DNA of 64,000 nt from Moorellales bacterium (GTDB lineage: Bacteria; Bacillota; DSM-521; Neomoorellales; SLTJ01). Positions 29,454-39,331 of the stretch are shown here, piece after piece (position 1 is the first letter of the stretch; the number at the start of each line of letters is the position of its first letter). The stretch spans positions 9,953-73,952 of the forward strand of contig JBNARC010000003.1 of NCBI GenBank assembly GCA_049719955.1, read 5' to 3'. The notes under the pieces are model-generated. The model did not search any database, had not been told where the DNA came from, and saw only the letters and a program-made list of their open reading frames with translations. The position numbers were made by a program, and so were the translations under genes.

Positions 29454-30751
29454 CCCATATAGCAGCCGCTGTTATTGGCTTGGTGGTGCTGTTTGCCCTG
29501 CTATTTGCGGGCCTCCCCGTTTCTGTGGCTATGTTGCTCGTCGGTCTTGCCGGCCTGTGGGCGCTGATTACACCCAGTGCCGCGATAGCGAAACTCGCGA
29601 TTGCACCTTTCCAGACCGCGTGCAGCTACGACCTGGCGACGTTACCCCTCTTCCTCTTAATGGCGAACGTGCTCAACTATACGGGCCTAGGCCGAGACCT
29701 ATTCAACCTAGCCTACAAGTGGGTGGGCCGCCTGCCTGGCGGCGTCGCCATCACCTCCCTCGTTTCTTGCGGTATGTTCGGCGCCGTTAGCGCCTCCAGT
29801 ATAGCAACGGCTGCGACCATAGGGGCAGTTGCCCTTCCGGAAATGAAGCGGCTGGGCTACCGCAAGAGCCTGGCAGCAGGTGCCGTTGCTGCCGGCGGCA
29901 CTCTGGGTTCACTTATCCCTCCGAGCGGTCTGCTTATCATCTACGGCGTGCTGACCGAGACCTCCATCGGGAAGCTGTTTCTCGCCGCCTGGATGCCGGG
30001 CATCATAGCGGTGGCACTGTACTCGGCTGCTACCTACATCGTCTGTCGGGCTGACCCTAGTGCAGGGCCCCCAGGAGAGGGATCCACATTTAGGGAGAAG
30101 ATTGCGGCGCTCAAGAACGCTATAGAGGTAATATCCATGATGCTCGTGTTGATAGTCGGTCTCCTGGTAGGATGGTTTACGCCCACCGAGGCGGGTGCTA
30201 TTGGAGCCTTCATGGCCATACTGTCGGCGGCAATTCGGAAACGTCTAACCTGGGCGGGATTGAAAGGAGCCATAGACTCTACGTTGCGAAATGCAGGCAT
30301 GGTTTACGGAATCCTAATTGGCGCCAAATTGTTTAACTACTTTCTTGGGAGTACCGGTTTTCCCGGTTGGTTGTCCAAACAGGTTGCCGGCCTGCCCCTT
30401 TCTCCGGTGGGCGTTGTATGGATAATTACAGCAATACTCCTGCTGTTAGGCATTGTTATGGACGAAGGTGCAATGCAGGTATTGACCATACCCATCCTGT
30501 TTCCCGTTATTGTGCACCTCGGCCTTGACCCATTATGGTTCGGAATCCTCACGACCAGGCTTATCCAAATAGGCATGATCAGTCCCCCGTTAGGAATTAC
30601 CATGTTTGTGGTTGGTGGCCTTGATCGGGAACTCTCTATGACCGAAGTCTACCGAGGCGTGATCCCCTTCCTAATTGCGGATGCCGTATTCTTGTTGCTT
30701 CTGGTGTATGTACCCGAGATCGCCTTATTGCTACCGTCCTTGGGCGCTTAA
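29450..30751 (+). CDS. dctM: TRAP transporter large permease DctM (copy 1)
   Basis: LPLFLLM, ALPEMKR, AGGTLGSLIPPS, DPLWFGIL, ISPPLG. Confidence 0.92.
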   Translation: MTHIAAAVIGLVVLFALLFAGLPVSVAMLLVGLAGLWALITPSAAIAKLAIAPFQTACSYDLATLPLFLLMANVLNYTGLGRDLFNLAYKWVGRLPGGVAITSLVSCGMFGAVSASSIATAATIGAVALPEMKRLGYRKSLAAGAVAAGGTLGSLIPPSGLLIIYGVLTETSIGKLFLAAWMPGIIAVALYSAATYIVCRADPSAGPPGEGSTFREKIAALKNAIEVISMMLVLIVGLLVGWFTPTEAGAIGAFMAILSAAIRKRLTWAGLKGAIDSTLRNAGMVYGILIGAKLFNYFLGSTGFPGWLSKQVAGLPLSPVGVVWIITAILLLLGIVMDEGAMQVLTIPILFPVIVHLGLDPLWFGILTTRLIQIGMISPPLGITMFVVGGLDRELSMTEVYRGVIPFLIADAVFLLLLVYVPEIALLLPSLGA

Positions 30752-30860
30752 TCTATCTGCAGAAATGTCAGGGGCGGACAGTAGGGAGGTGAGAGATTCG
30801 AGGCAATGGACACCCCGAGGTTTTGGCGCTTTAGGAGTAGACGGGAGGGGTTGACGAGTA

Positions 30861-30900
30861 GTGCCCGAGATAGTGTGTTAGTACCCGAGATAGTGTGTTA
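30861..30900 (+). repeat. Tandem 20-bp repeat (2 copies, 1 mismatch) upstream of GRE1
   Basis: GTGCCCGAGATAGTGTGTTA / GTACCCGAGATAGTGTGTTA. Confidence 0.9.
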
Positions 30901-30966
30901 GAAAGGGTGGGCCTAGAAGCAGGAAGGGCTACCCGCCCTCTGGTTCTGGTAAGGAGGTGACTTGAT

Positions 30967-33402
30967 TTGGAGGCCCTGCAGAACCTTAATGGCTCGATTA
31001 GACTTTCAGATAGACATTCGGAAAGGATTGACCGGCTAGTAAGGAGCATTAGGAGGGAACGGTTCCCCCTTTGCATGGAGAAGGCACGCCTTATTACGGA
31101 ATCGTACAGACAGACCGAGGGTGAGCCGGAAATATTGCGGGCAGCGAAAGCATGGGCTCACCTCTTGGAGCGCTTCCCTATTTTTATCCAAGACGATGAA
31201 TGCATAGTGGGAGAGGGAGCTAGTAAGCCCTGGGGTGTAGAACTTGATCCTTTTTTGGGCGTGTGGGACGAGGGCCTAATTCGGGACGCCGAGCGCGACG
31301 GAGTTGTCGAGGTAGCACCGGAGGACTGGGAATTGATACGGGAACTGGGCTCGTACTGGAAAACCAGGTCCGTCGAGTATCAGCGCGGCAAACGCTATAG
31401 CCAGCGCATATGGGAGTTTCTACAACTGGGAGTCACCCTGCCGCCGATGGAGAAAAGAGAGGAGTTTCGCGGGCCCTATGCGGGGAGCGGCCTCTGCCTC
31501 TACTTCAATTTTACCGATGGCAGGTTGGACTACGAAAGATGGCTCGGCGGTTTGAACAATATCCTGCGCGAAATAAGGGAAGAACTGGAGGCTCTAAGAA
31601 TTCTCTCGGTTGCCGACGCCCAGAAGAGGCTGTTCCTTGAGGGGGCGGCAATCGTATTAGAGGCGATTAAGAGGCTTGCGGCCCGGTACGGCGAACTGGC
31701 GGCCAGTATGGCGGCTAGCGAGGAGAACCCTGCCAGGAAGTCGGAGTTACTTAAGATTGCCGAGGCCTGCCGCTGGGTACCGGCCAACCGGCCGCGCAGT
31801 TTCTATGAGGCCATGCAGTCTTTCTGGTTCCTGCAGCTAGTTTCTACTCCTACTTCCACCCAAAACCTGGGCAGGTTCGACCAGTTCATGTATCCCTTCT
31901 ACCGTGCCGACTGGGATAAGGGTGAGCTTTCGGATGAAGATGTCCTGGCCCTGTTATGCGAGTTAAGAGTCAAGTGCATGAGGCCCGAGAACATCAAGAT
32001 TTCTCCCCAAAAACGTATGCAGCACGGCGGCTTCGCCAAATGGCGGGTAATGACTATTGGCGGAGTAACACCCGAGGGGAACGATGCCACCAACGAGCTA
32101 ACCTACTTAGCGCTGGAGGCCGCCTCCCGAGTAAGGACTCCGCACCATACCATCGCCCTAAGGGTACACGAGGGAACGCCAATGGCGTTAATGGTGAAAG
32201 CCCTGGAGGTGGTGCGAACCGGCATTGGCATGCCGGCGTTTGCCTCCGATAGGTCTTATATTGAGTATTTCCTGGCCGCCGGGGTTCCCCTAGAAGAGGC
32301 CCGAAACTATCACATTGTCGGGTGCGTCGATCCCGCCATACCGGGCAAGGTGAGCGCCCTTGCCGGCTATTTCTTCGTTCTGCCTAAGGTTCTTGAGATC
32401 TTCCTTAACGGGGGAGTAGATCCCAGAACCGGGATAGAGTTGTGCCCGTACAAGGTGGATCCCAACTCCTTTACCACCTACGAGGATTTTTTCAAGGCCT
32501 TCAAAGAATACCTGGCGTACTTCATAGCTCTGTGGACCGAGAGTATGTACATTGCGCCCGAAGTGCTTTACTATCACTATTTCGTTGAAAATATGTTGAT
32601 GCACGATAGGATCCAGGTGGGCAAATCGTTTTACGAACATCCGGGAGCATATCCCTACAATTTCTGTGCCCGGATGATACCGGTAGGGATCATGAACGTA
32701 GTGGACTCCCTCGCAGTCGTAAAGAAGCTGATATTCGAAGATAGGAAACTGAGCATGGAGGAATTGATTGAAGCTCTAAAGGCTAACTGGAACGGTTTTG
32801 AGGAAGTACGGAAGATGTGCATGTCTGCGCCTAAGTACGGCAACGACGACGACTACGTAGACGGGATAGCCAAAGAACTTTTCAGGTTCATTGTGGCCGA
32901 AGAGGCAAAGTATCGGGGGGTTAACGGTGCAAGGGTTTGTGGCGTAGGCGGGGCATCTATTACCTCCATGTGGCCTGGAGGAGCGGTTACGGGTGCGACT
33001 CCCGACGGACGCCGGGCGGGCGAAGTAGTAGCTGACGGAACGGTATCTCCGGTCCAGGGGAGAGATAGTAAAGGGCCAACGGCGGTTCTTAAGAGTGCCT
33101 CGAAGATAGATCAGGTGTTGTGTGCCTCGACCTTGTTGAACATGCGTTTCCACCCTTCCGCCCTCAAGAGTGAGGACGATCTTAGGAAGCTGGCCATGCT
33201 CATTAAGACCTATTTCAACATGGGCGGAAAGTGGATTCAGTTTAACGTAGTCAGCCGAGAAACCCTGCTTGACGCGCAGCAGAATCCCGAGAAATACCAA
33301 GACCTAGTGGTGAGAGTGGCAGGGTATAGCGCCTATTTTGTTCAGTTAGGTAAAGCCCTTCAGGATGACATCATAGCGCGCACGGAGCACGACCTCCGAT
33401 AA
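30967..33402 (+). CDS. Glycyl radical enzyme 1 (PFL-like family, unassigned subclass)
   Basis: 811 aa; GRFDQ, Cys loop HIVGCVDP, PKYGNDDD, GATPDGR, Gly loop VVRVAGYSAYF. Confidence 0.93.
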   Translation: MEALQNLNGSIRLSDRHSERIDRLVRSIRRERFPLCMEKARLITESYRQTEGEPEILRAAKAWAHLLERFPIFIQDDECIVGEGASKPWGVELDPFLGVWDEGLIRDAERDGVVEVAPEDWELIRELGSYWKTRSVEYQRGKRYSQRIWEFLQLGVTLPPMEKREEFRGPYAGSGLCLYFNFTDGRLDYERWLGGLNNILREIREELEALRILSVADAQKRLFLEGAAIVLEAIKRLAARYGELAASMAASEENPARKSELLKIAEACRWVPANRPRSFYEAMQSFWFLQLVSTPTSTQNLGRFDQFMYPFYRADWDKGELSDEDVLALLCELRVKCMRPENIKISPQKRMQHGGFAKWRVMTIGGVTPEGNDATNELTYLALEAASRVRTPHHTIALRVHEGTPMALMVKALEVVRTGIGMPAFASDRSYIEYFLAAGVPLEEARNYHIVGCVDPAIPGKVSALAGYFFVLPKVLEIFLNGGVDPRTGIELCPYKVDPNSFTTYEDFFKAFKEYLAYFIALWTESMYIAPEVLYYHYFVENMLMHDRIQVGKSFYEHPGAYPYNFCARMIPVGIMNVVDSLAVVKKLIFEDRKLSMEELIEALKANWNGFEEVRKMCMSAPKYGNDDDYVDGIAKELFRFIVAEEAKYRGVNGARVCGVGGASITSMWPGGAVTGATPDGRRAGEVVADGTVSPVQGRDSKGPTAVLKSASKIDQVLCASTLLNMRFHPSALKSEDDLRKLAMLIKTYFNMGGKWIQFNVVSRETLLDAQQNPEKYQDLVVRVAGYSAYFVQLGKALQDDIIARTEHDLR

Positions 33403-33513
33403 ACGAGGCTGAAGTAGGGACACCGGAAAGGCAAATGTAAAGCCCAAGAAGGGGTAACAGGCCCCACGAAAGAACGAGTGTAGTTGCGCGGAGTAGGGTA
33501 AGGAGGGACTATC

Positions 33514-34635
33514 TTGCAAGGGAAAGTAATCCTGCTGGCAGTTGGGGATATTGGGCCGGAGCGTGAAGATCCTTCAACGATATTTGATTGCGTAAGGGGC
33601 TATCTGCAAGGCGCCGACGTTGTCTTTGGCCAACTGGAGGCCGTTCTTTCGCATCGAGGTAGCCAGCTACCACAGGCGCGGCTGGCCTGCCGGGCCCAGC
33701 CTGCGGTAGCCAGGGCGCTGAGGGAGGCCGGCTTCACGGTTATATCCTTTGCGAGCAATCACTGCATGGACTTGGGACGTGAAGCTTTCTTCGATACCAT
33801 AGACGCCCTCCAAGAGCAGGGGCTGGCAGTAGTGGGGGTCGGCGCCAACATTGAGGAGGCCCGCAAGCCTGCATTCATCGAACGAAAGGGTACGCGCCTG
33901 GCGTTTCTCGCCTATAATTCAATCCTGCCGTACGGTTACTGGGCGCAGACCGATCGCCCCGGCTGCGTCCCTCTTAGGGCTCATACGTATTATGAGCAGA
34001 TCGAGCACGACCAGCCCGGTACCCCCTGCCGCGTGCATACCTTTGCCCACCGGGGGGACCTGGAGGCTATGGTAAGAGATATTGAAGCGGCCAAGCGGAA
34101 CGCAGACCTGGTCATAGTATCAATCCACTGGGGGATCCATTTCATACCCGCGGTCATTGCCGACTACCAGCGGGAGATTGCCCGCGTGGCCATCGATCAC
34201 GGTGCCGATCTGATTTTGGGCCACCATGCGCATATACTCAAGGGGATAGAGGTCTACGCCGGCAAGGCGATATTTTACAGTCTCTGCAACTTCGCCCTGG
34301 AGCTGCGCGCTACTCCGGAGCTTCTTCAAAGTCCACGGCATAAGGAGATCGAGGTACTCAACCCGGATTGGGTACCGGACCCGGAGTACCCTACGTATTT
34401 CCTGCCGCGCGATTCCCGAAAGACGGCGGTAGCGAAGTGCGTGATCGACGAAGGCCGCATCGCCGCGGTATCGTTCCTCCCGGCGTACATTAACCCCCAG
34501 GCTCAGCCGGAGATCTTAAGCTCCGAAGACCCGCGTTTTGGAGAAGTATTGGAATACATGCGCCGAATCACTGCGGATCAGGGCCTAAACGCGACATTCC
34601 GGGTTGAAGGTGACGAAGTCGTTATCAAGGGGTGA
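33514..34635 (+). CDS. CapA/PGA_cap family metallophosphoesterase-fold protein 2
   Basis: AVGD, GQLE, FASNH, SIHWG, GHHAH, YSLCNF; clear paralogue of 26474-27580. Confidence 0.87.
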   Translation: MQGKVILLAVGDIGPEREDPSTIFDCVRGYLQGADVVFGQLEAVLSHRGSQLPQARLACRAQPAVARALREAGFTVISFASNHCMDLGREAFFDTIDALQEQGLAVVGVGANIEEARKPAFIERKGTRLAFLAYNSILPYGYWAQTDRPGCVPLRAHTYYEQIEHDQPGTPCRVHTFAHRGDLEAMVRDIEAAKRNADLVIVSIHWGIHFIPAVIADYQREIARVAIDHGADLILGHHAHILKGIEVYAGKAIFYSLCNFALELRATPELLQSPRHKEIEVLNPDWVPDPEYPTYFLPRDSRKTAVAKCVIDEGRIAAVSFLPAYINPQAQPEILSSEDPRFGEVLEYMRRITADQGLNATFRVEGDEVVIKG

Positions 34636-36023
34636 AGGACGTGGCGTCCGTGAACGCCTCGCGGGCGATAGCCGAGCATGTTTCCTCCGTCCGCTTCGAG
34701 GATCTTCCGGCGGAGGCGGTAGAGGCTGCCAAGAAGTCCATCTTGGATAGCGTGGGTGTCATCCTGGCAGCCTCTACACTTGGAGAAGGGTGTCGCCCAT
34801 TCGTAGAATTAGCTCTGGAGGCCGGGGGCAAGAAGGAGAGCACCATAATGGGATTTGCCGCCAAGGCGCCCTCCTTCATGGCCGCCTTTGCCAACGGTTC
34901 GATGGCTCATGCTCTAGATTATGAAGACACTCATGACGTTGCCCTGGTTCATCCCAGCGCCGCCACCGTACCGGCAGCCCTGGCAGTTGCCGAGGCGGTA
35001 GGCGGGGTATCCGGTAAGGCACTGTTGGCGGCGGTGGCGGTGGGGAACGACCTGGTATGTCGGCTGGGTCTGGCGGCAAGGGTAGATTCCCGAGAATACG
35101 GATGGTACATGCCTCCCATTCTCGGTGCCTTCGGGGCCGGCGCGGCCGCCGCCTATCTCCTCGGACTTAGTGCGGATAAGGTCCTGGCGGCCCTTTCCCT
35201 AATCCTCTGCCAGGCCACGTGCAGTGCCGAGTTGGTACACAGCCCCAACTCGGACGTAAGAGCGGTGCGGGATGCGTTTTCCGCTAAGGCCGGGGTGCTG
35301 GCGGCGTTGCTGGCCGATAGAGGTGTAAGGGGGTTTGAACGGCCCATTGACGGGGAGGCCGGGCTGTTCGCTTCGTTCTTTCGCGGTCAGTATGATTGCG
35401 AGGTACTTCTTGAGGGATTGGGCCAGGTGTTCGAGGGGGCAAAAGTAAGCTTCAAGCCGTGGCCCAGTTGCCGGGGCACTCACGGTTATATACAGGCCAT
35501 GCTGGAATTACGGGAGGAATACGGACTATCCCCTCAGGACGTAGAAGAGATCAAGCTAACTGTCAGTCCTCTAAATCGAGTGCTATGCGAGCCGCTAGAA
35601 GCGAAGCAGCGACCGACGAACGCCATTGGCGCCAAGTTCAGTTTGCCCTTTACTGTCGGAACCGCGCTGGTCCACGGGCGAGTGGGGCTGGAGCATTTCT
35701 CGTTTGCAGCCTTGGCGGACGAAGAGGTGCTCGCGGTCGCCGCCAAAGTAAGTTTCCAAGTGGATCACTCCCTGGGTGTTGGCGAGTCCACGAGAGGATG
35801 TTTGGAGGTTCGGGCAAAGGGACAGCGGTTTCTCAAGGAGATAGAACGCCCTTACGGGCACCCCGAGCGCCCGATGAAGTTGTCGGACGTAGCGGCAAAG
35901 TTCAAGGCGTGTGCGAAATATGCGTTAGAACCCGTATCGCCAGCGGCAGCCTCTGAGTTTGCCGAGTCAGTTTTAGATCTTGAAAGGGTAGAAGACGTGC
36001 GAACAGTTATGAACTTGCTTTGA
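34632..36023 (+). CDS. MmgE/PrpD family protein
   Basis: AFANGSMAHALDYEDTH...HPSA, FKPWPSCRGTH, AKFSLPF, PYGHPERP. Confidence 0.9.
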   Translation: MKDVASVNASRAIAEHVSSVRFEDLPAEAVEAAKKSILDSVGVILAASTLGEGCRPFVELALEAGGKKESTIMGFAAKAPSFMAAFANGSMAHALDYEDTHDVALVHPSAATVPAALAVAEAVGGVSGKALLAAVAVGNDLVCRLGLAARVDSREYGWYMPPILGAFGAGAAAAYLLGLSADKVLAALSLILCQATCSAELVHSPNSDVRAVRDAFSAKAGVLAALLADRGVRGFERPIDGEAGLFASFFRGQYDCEVLLEGLGQVFEGAKVSFKPWPSCRGTHGYIQAMLELREEYGLSPQDVEEIKLTVSPLNRVLCEPLEAKQRPTNAIGAKFSLPFTVGTALVHGRVGLEHFSFAALADEEVLAVAAKVSFQVDHSLGVGESTRGCLEVRAKGQRFLKEIERPYGHPERPMKLSDVAAKFKACAKYALEPVSPAAASEFAESVLDLERVEDVRTVMNLL

Positions 36024-36209
36024 GAGAGGAGGTGGTAGGAGGCAAAGGTTGTGCCAGCGAGTTCTATTCAGGCGTTAGGCATGTCGCATTGCCGTTTTTG
36101 GAGGGAGGTGATGCGATCCATCTAAGTCGGTAAGGACCCTTGTAGTTTAGTTATCGATGCAGAGGTATCCAATGCCATTTCGAGAATAGCGTTCAAGGAG
36201 GGATACGGA

Positions 36210-37316
36210 ATGAGACTATCGGTCAAATGGGTAGTGATAGCTCTGCTGCTAGTGGCAGTCTTAGCCCTGGGGCTGGTGGGCGGATGCGCGAAATCGGAAC
36301 AGGGCACCGCAAGCACTCAAGGCTCGGAGGGCGCTGCTCAACCGGCCACGCCATCCCCTTCCACCCAAACCATTGTCCTAAAGTTTGCGGCTACCTACTC
36401 GCCGAACCATCCCCAAGCTATTGCTGACCAAGCGTGGTTCGAAAAAATCGAAAAGGAAACCGGAGGGAGGGTAAAGTTCGAACCCGTCTGGGGAGGAGCC
36501 TTGATGAAGGCCGACCAGGCCTTCATCGAGTTGGCCAACGGAGTTGCCGATGTCTCCGAGTTCTCCGGTGCCTACGTAAAGGAAGGCTTTGATATTGAAA
36601 AGGCAATGCGGGTGCTCTTCTGCAACGTACCTGATCGCGAGGTAGCGCGGCGTATATACCATGAGCTTCGGGCAAAGTACCCGCAGATCGACGCTGAGTT
36701 CTCGAAAATCAAGGTGTTAGCCTACCATGCTATCACGCCTTACCAAGTAGCTACAGTGAAGAAACCCATAAGAAAGGTAGGAGATTTCAAGGGGCTAATG
36801 CTAAAGGTCTCCGGCGATCACCTGAAAATAGCCCAAGCCTTGGGCGCTGATGCTTCGCCAATCCCAATGTCGGAAACGTACGTGGCACTGCAAAAGGGAA
36901 CCATTGACGGTGCCATGGTCCCGTACGAAACCTTGAAATCGTTCCGCTTCGGAGAGGTAGTGAAGTACGTCACCGAATTGAATATGGCTACCGGTCCCAC
37001 TCCGCACAGAGGAATGAACCTTAATACATGGAACAAGCTGCCACCGGATATTCAGAAGGTATTCGAAGACAACATTGAGTGGTACGGGAGGAAGATCGAG
37101 GAAGAATTATTCAAGGCAGACGCTAGCGGTATCGACTTTGCGAAGCAGCAAGGAGTAGAATTCATCAAACTCTCAGACGAAGAACTGAAGAAGTATCGCA
37201 ACGTCGTTGACAAAGTCATTCAAGAACAGGCTAAAGCCCTTGACACGAAGGGTCTACCTGGAACCCAGATTTATGAGGACATAAAACGGCTCAGCGATCA
37301 ATACCTAAAGAAATAA
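36210..37316 (+). CDS. dctP: TRAP transporter substrate-binding lipoprotein DctP (copy 2)
   Basis: Lipobox LVGGC, ETGGRVKF, PMSETYVALQKGTIDG, WNKLPPDIQK. Confidence 0.9.
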   Translation: MRLSVKWVVIALLLVAVLALGLVGGCAKSEQGTASTQGSEGAAQPATPSPSTQTIVLKFAATYSPNHPQAIADQAWFEKIEKETGGRVKFEPVWGGALMKADQAFIELANGVADVSEFSGAYVKEGFDIEKAMRVLFCNVPDREVARRIYHELRAKYPQIDAEFSKIKVLAYHAITPYQVATVKKPIRKVGDFKGLMLKVSGDHLKIAQALGADASPIPMSETYVALQKGTIDGAMVPYETLKSFRFGEVVKYVTELNMATGPTPHRGMNLNTWNKLPPDIQKVFEDNIEWYGRKIEEELFKADASGIDFAKQQGVEFIKLSDEELKKYRNVVDKVIQEQAKALDTKGLPGTQIYEDIKRLSDQYLKK

Positions 37317-37488
37317 CCCGGTAAATGGTCCATCCTCCCGGTGTGCGCGGGAAACGTGTGCAGACGCAAAGCAACGATTATTGCGCTTGGAGCTGCTCGG
37401 CTCACGTTCCCGCGCTACCTCCTCGTTTTATGGCGGGGGAATGCACCCGGTACGGGCCAAAGGGCGGTTGAGGAGGTAAAAAGATTTC

Positions 37489-37968
37489 ATGCTCAAGCTT
37501 ATCCGAACTCTTGACAGATTTGGTGCCGCCGTGGGGGGAATTTTTCTAATAGCAATGGTGGTCCTTACGGTAGTAACTGTTCTGTCTAGGCTTAGCGGGG
37601 TCGCCATGCCGGGCAGCTACGAGTTACTGGTTCTACTTGTTGTTATTCCTGTCGGTTTCGCGCTTTTTGGAAGTACCTGGGCAAAGAGACATGTGGTTAT
37701 TGAATCTTTGGTAGAGCACCTGCCCCAACGGGCGCGGGCTGTCCTTGACCGGTGGGCGTGGGCGGTCAGCCTACTCTGGTGGATTCTAACCGCTTGGGCA
37801 GCTTTCGACATCACCCTAGATAAGGGTCTACAAGAACGCACTGAGGTCCTTAACCTTCCTTTTCTACCCTTCCGCCTAGTTTGGATTTTCGGCCTAACAC
37901 TTGTCTGTATTGCCTCGTTGCTACACCTGTTAAAGGTAAGAGAAAGGGAGGGGGATACTAGTCAATGA
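37489..37968 (+). CDS. dctQ: TRAP transporter small permease DctQ (copy 2)
   Basis: 4 TM helices, PGSYEL, RHVVIESLVEHLP. Confidence 0.88.
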   Translation: MLKLIRTLDRFGAAVGGIFLIAMVVLTVVTVLSRLSGVAMPGSYELLVLLVVIPVGFALFGSTWAKRHVVIESLVEHLPQRARAVLDRWAWAVSLLWWILTAWAAFDITLDKGLQERTEVLNLPFLPFRLVWIFGLTLVCIASLLHLLKVREREGDTSQ

Positions 37969-39266
37969 GTTCCATAGCGGTAGCAACTGTCGGGCTTGTT
38001 GCGATGTTTGCTTTGCTGCTGACCGGTGTTCCGGTCGGTGTAGCTATGGGCGTAGTGGGGCTTTTTGGGCTTTGGGCTGCAGTTTCCGAGAGCGCAGCTA
38101 TAATCAAATTGGCAGTGGTACCCTTTCAGACAATAACCAGCTACGATTTGGCAAGCCTCCCCCTATTCCTTTTTATGGCCAATGTTTTTAATTATTCCGG
38201 TATGGGACGGGACCTGTTTAATCTGGCCTACAAATGGCTAGGACGTCTTCCCGGTGGTGTAGGGCTAGCGGCTATTGCAGCGTGCGGGGGTTTCTCCGCC
38301 ATAAGTGCTTCCAGCATCGCCACGGCCGCGACTGTAGGGGCAGTAGCTCTCCCCGAGATGAAGCGCTTTAAGTACGACGATCGGCTGGCCACGGGCTGCA
38401 TCGCCGCTGGTGGTACTATCGGCACTCTTATACCGCCAAGCGGCATCTTGATCATTTACGGGATACTGACGGAAACCTCTATCGGAAAGTTGTTTCTCGC
38501 CGGCTGGATACCGGGTATGTTGGTAGTCATACTCTATGCAGCAGTGATTTTCATTATTTGCCGATTCGCTCCTGCGCTCGGGCCCCGGGGAGAGACGTCC
38601 ACGCTTCGCGAGAGGTTTCTTGCTCTCAAAGGCTGCATAGAGGTAATAGGGGTGATGCTATTCCTACTTATTGGCCTACTGGTAGGGTGGTTCACAGCCA
38701 CCGAGGCAGGGGCCGTCGGTTCCGCGGCCGCTATCATCTCCTCCTTATTCAGGAAAAAACTCACCTGGGAAGGGTTCACCAAGGCTATATGGTCTAGCTT
38801 ACGCACCTCTGGTATGATCTATGGTATCCTTATTGGCGCATTCATGTTTAATTACTTCTTGGCGTCTACTGGGTTTCCCACTTTTCTCTCTCAAACCATA
38901 ACCCACCTGAACTTGTCGCCTCTAGGTGTCATAGGAATGATCATACTGATATTCTTGATCCTTGGAACTCTGTTGGATGAGGCGGCGATGCATGTGCTTA
39001 CTATACCCATCTTCTTCCCTGTCATCCAGCATTTAGGGATAAACCCGATATGGTTCGGTATACTTACCACTAGGCTCGTAGAAGTAGCCATGATTAGTCC
39101 GCCTTTAGGCGTAACAATGTTCGTAGTTAAAGGACTTCAGCCAGAGGTACCCATGGCAAGAATATACCAGGGCGTGATACCTTTCCTGATTGCGGATGCG
39201 GTTTCTCTGCTACTCCTCGTGTTTATTCCAGAACTGGCGTTGTTCTTGCCGAACCTTGCCCGGTGA
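37965..39266 (+). CDS. dctM: TRAP transporter large permease DctM (copy 2)
   Basis: 433 aa, same length and motifs as copy 1 (AGGTIGTLIPPS, NPIWFGIL, ISPPLG). Confidence 0.92.
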   Translation: MSSIAVATVGLVAMFALLLTGVPVGVAMGVVGLFGLWAAVSESAAIIKLAVVPFQTITSYDLASLPLFLFMANVFNYSGMGRDLFNLAYKWLGRLPGGVGLAAIAACGGFSAISASSIATAATVGAVALPEMKRFKYDDRLATGCIAAGGTIGTLIPPSGILIIYGILTETSIGKLFLAGWIPGMLVVILYAAVIFIICRFAPALGPRGETSTLRERFLALKGCIEVIGVMLFLLIGLLVGWFTATEAGAVGSAAAIISSLFRKKLTWEGFTKAIWSSLRTSGMIYGILIGAFMFNYFLASTGFPTFLSQTITHLNLSPLGVIGMIILIFLILGTLLDEAAMHVLTIPIFFPVIQHLGINPIWFGILTTRLVEVAMISPPLGVTMFVVKGLQPEVPMARIYQGVIPFLIADAVSLLLLVFIPELALFLPNLAR

Positions 39267-39331
39267 GCTTTGCGGCTGTGGCCATACGCCGACGATAGAA
39301 CCGCCAGGAGATTGAGGAGGGGAGGACGGGC

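Noticed and set aside
30861-30900. CRISPR array
   Set aside because: Only two abutting copies, with no spacers and no cas genes.
26474-34635. Poly-gamma-glutamate capsule locus
   Set aside because: No capB/capC, no membrane anchors, and the context is catabolic.
36040-36125. Possible leader peptide between PrpD and dctP2
   Set aside because: SD-like sequences are present, but the short ORF has no recognisable features; insufficient support.
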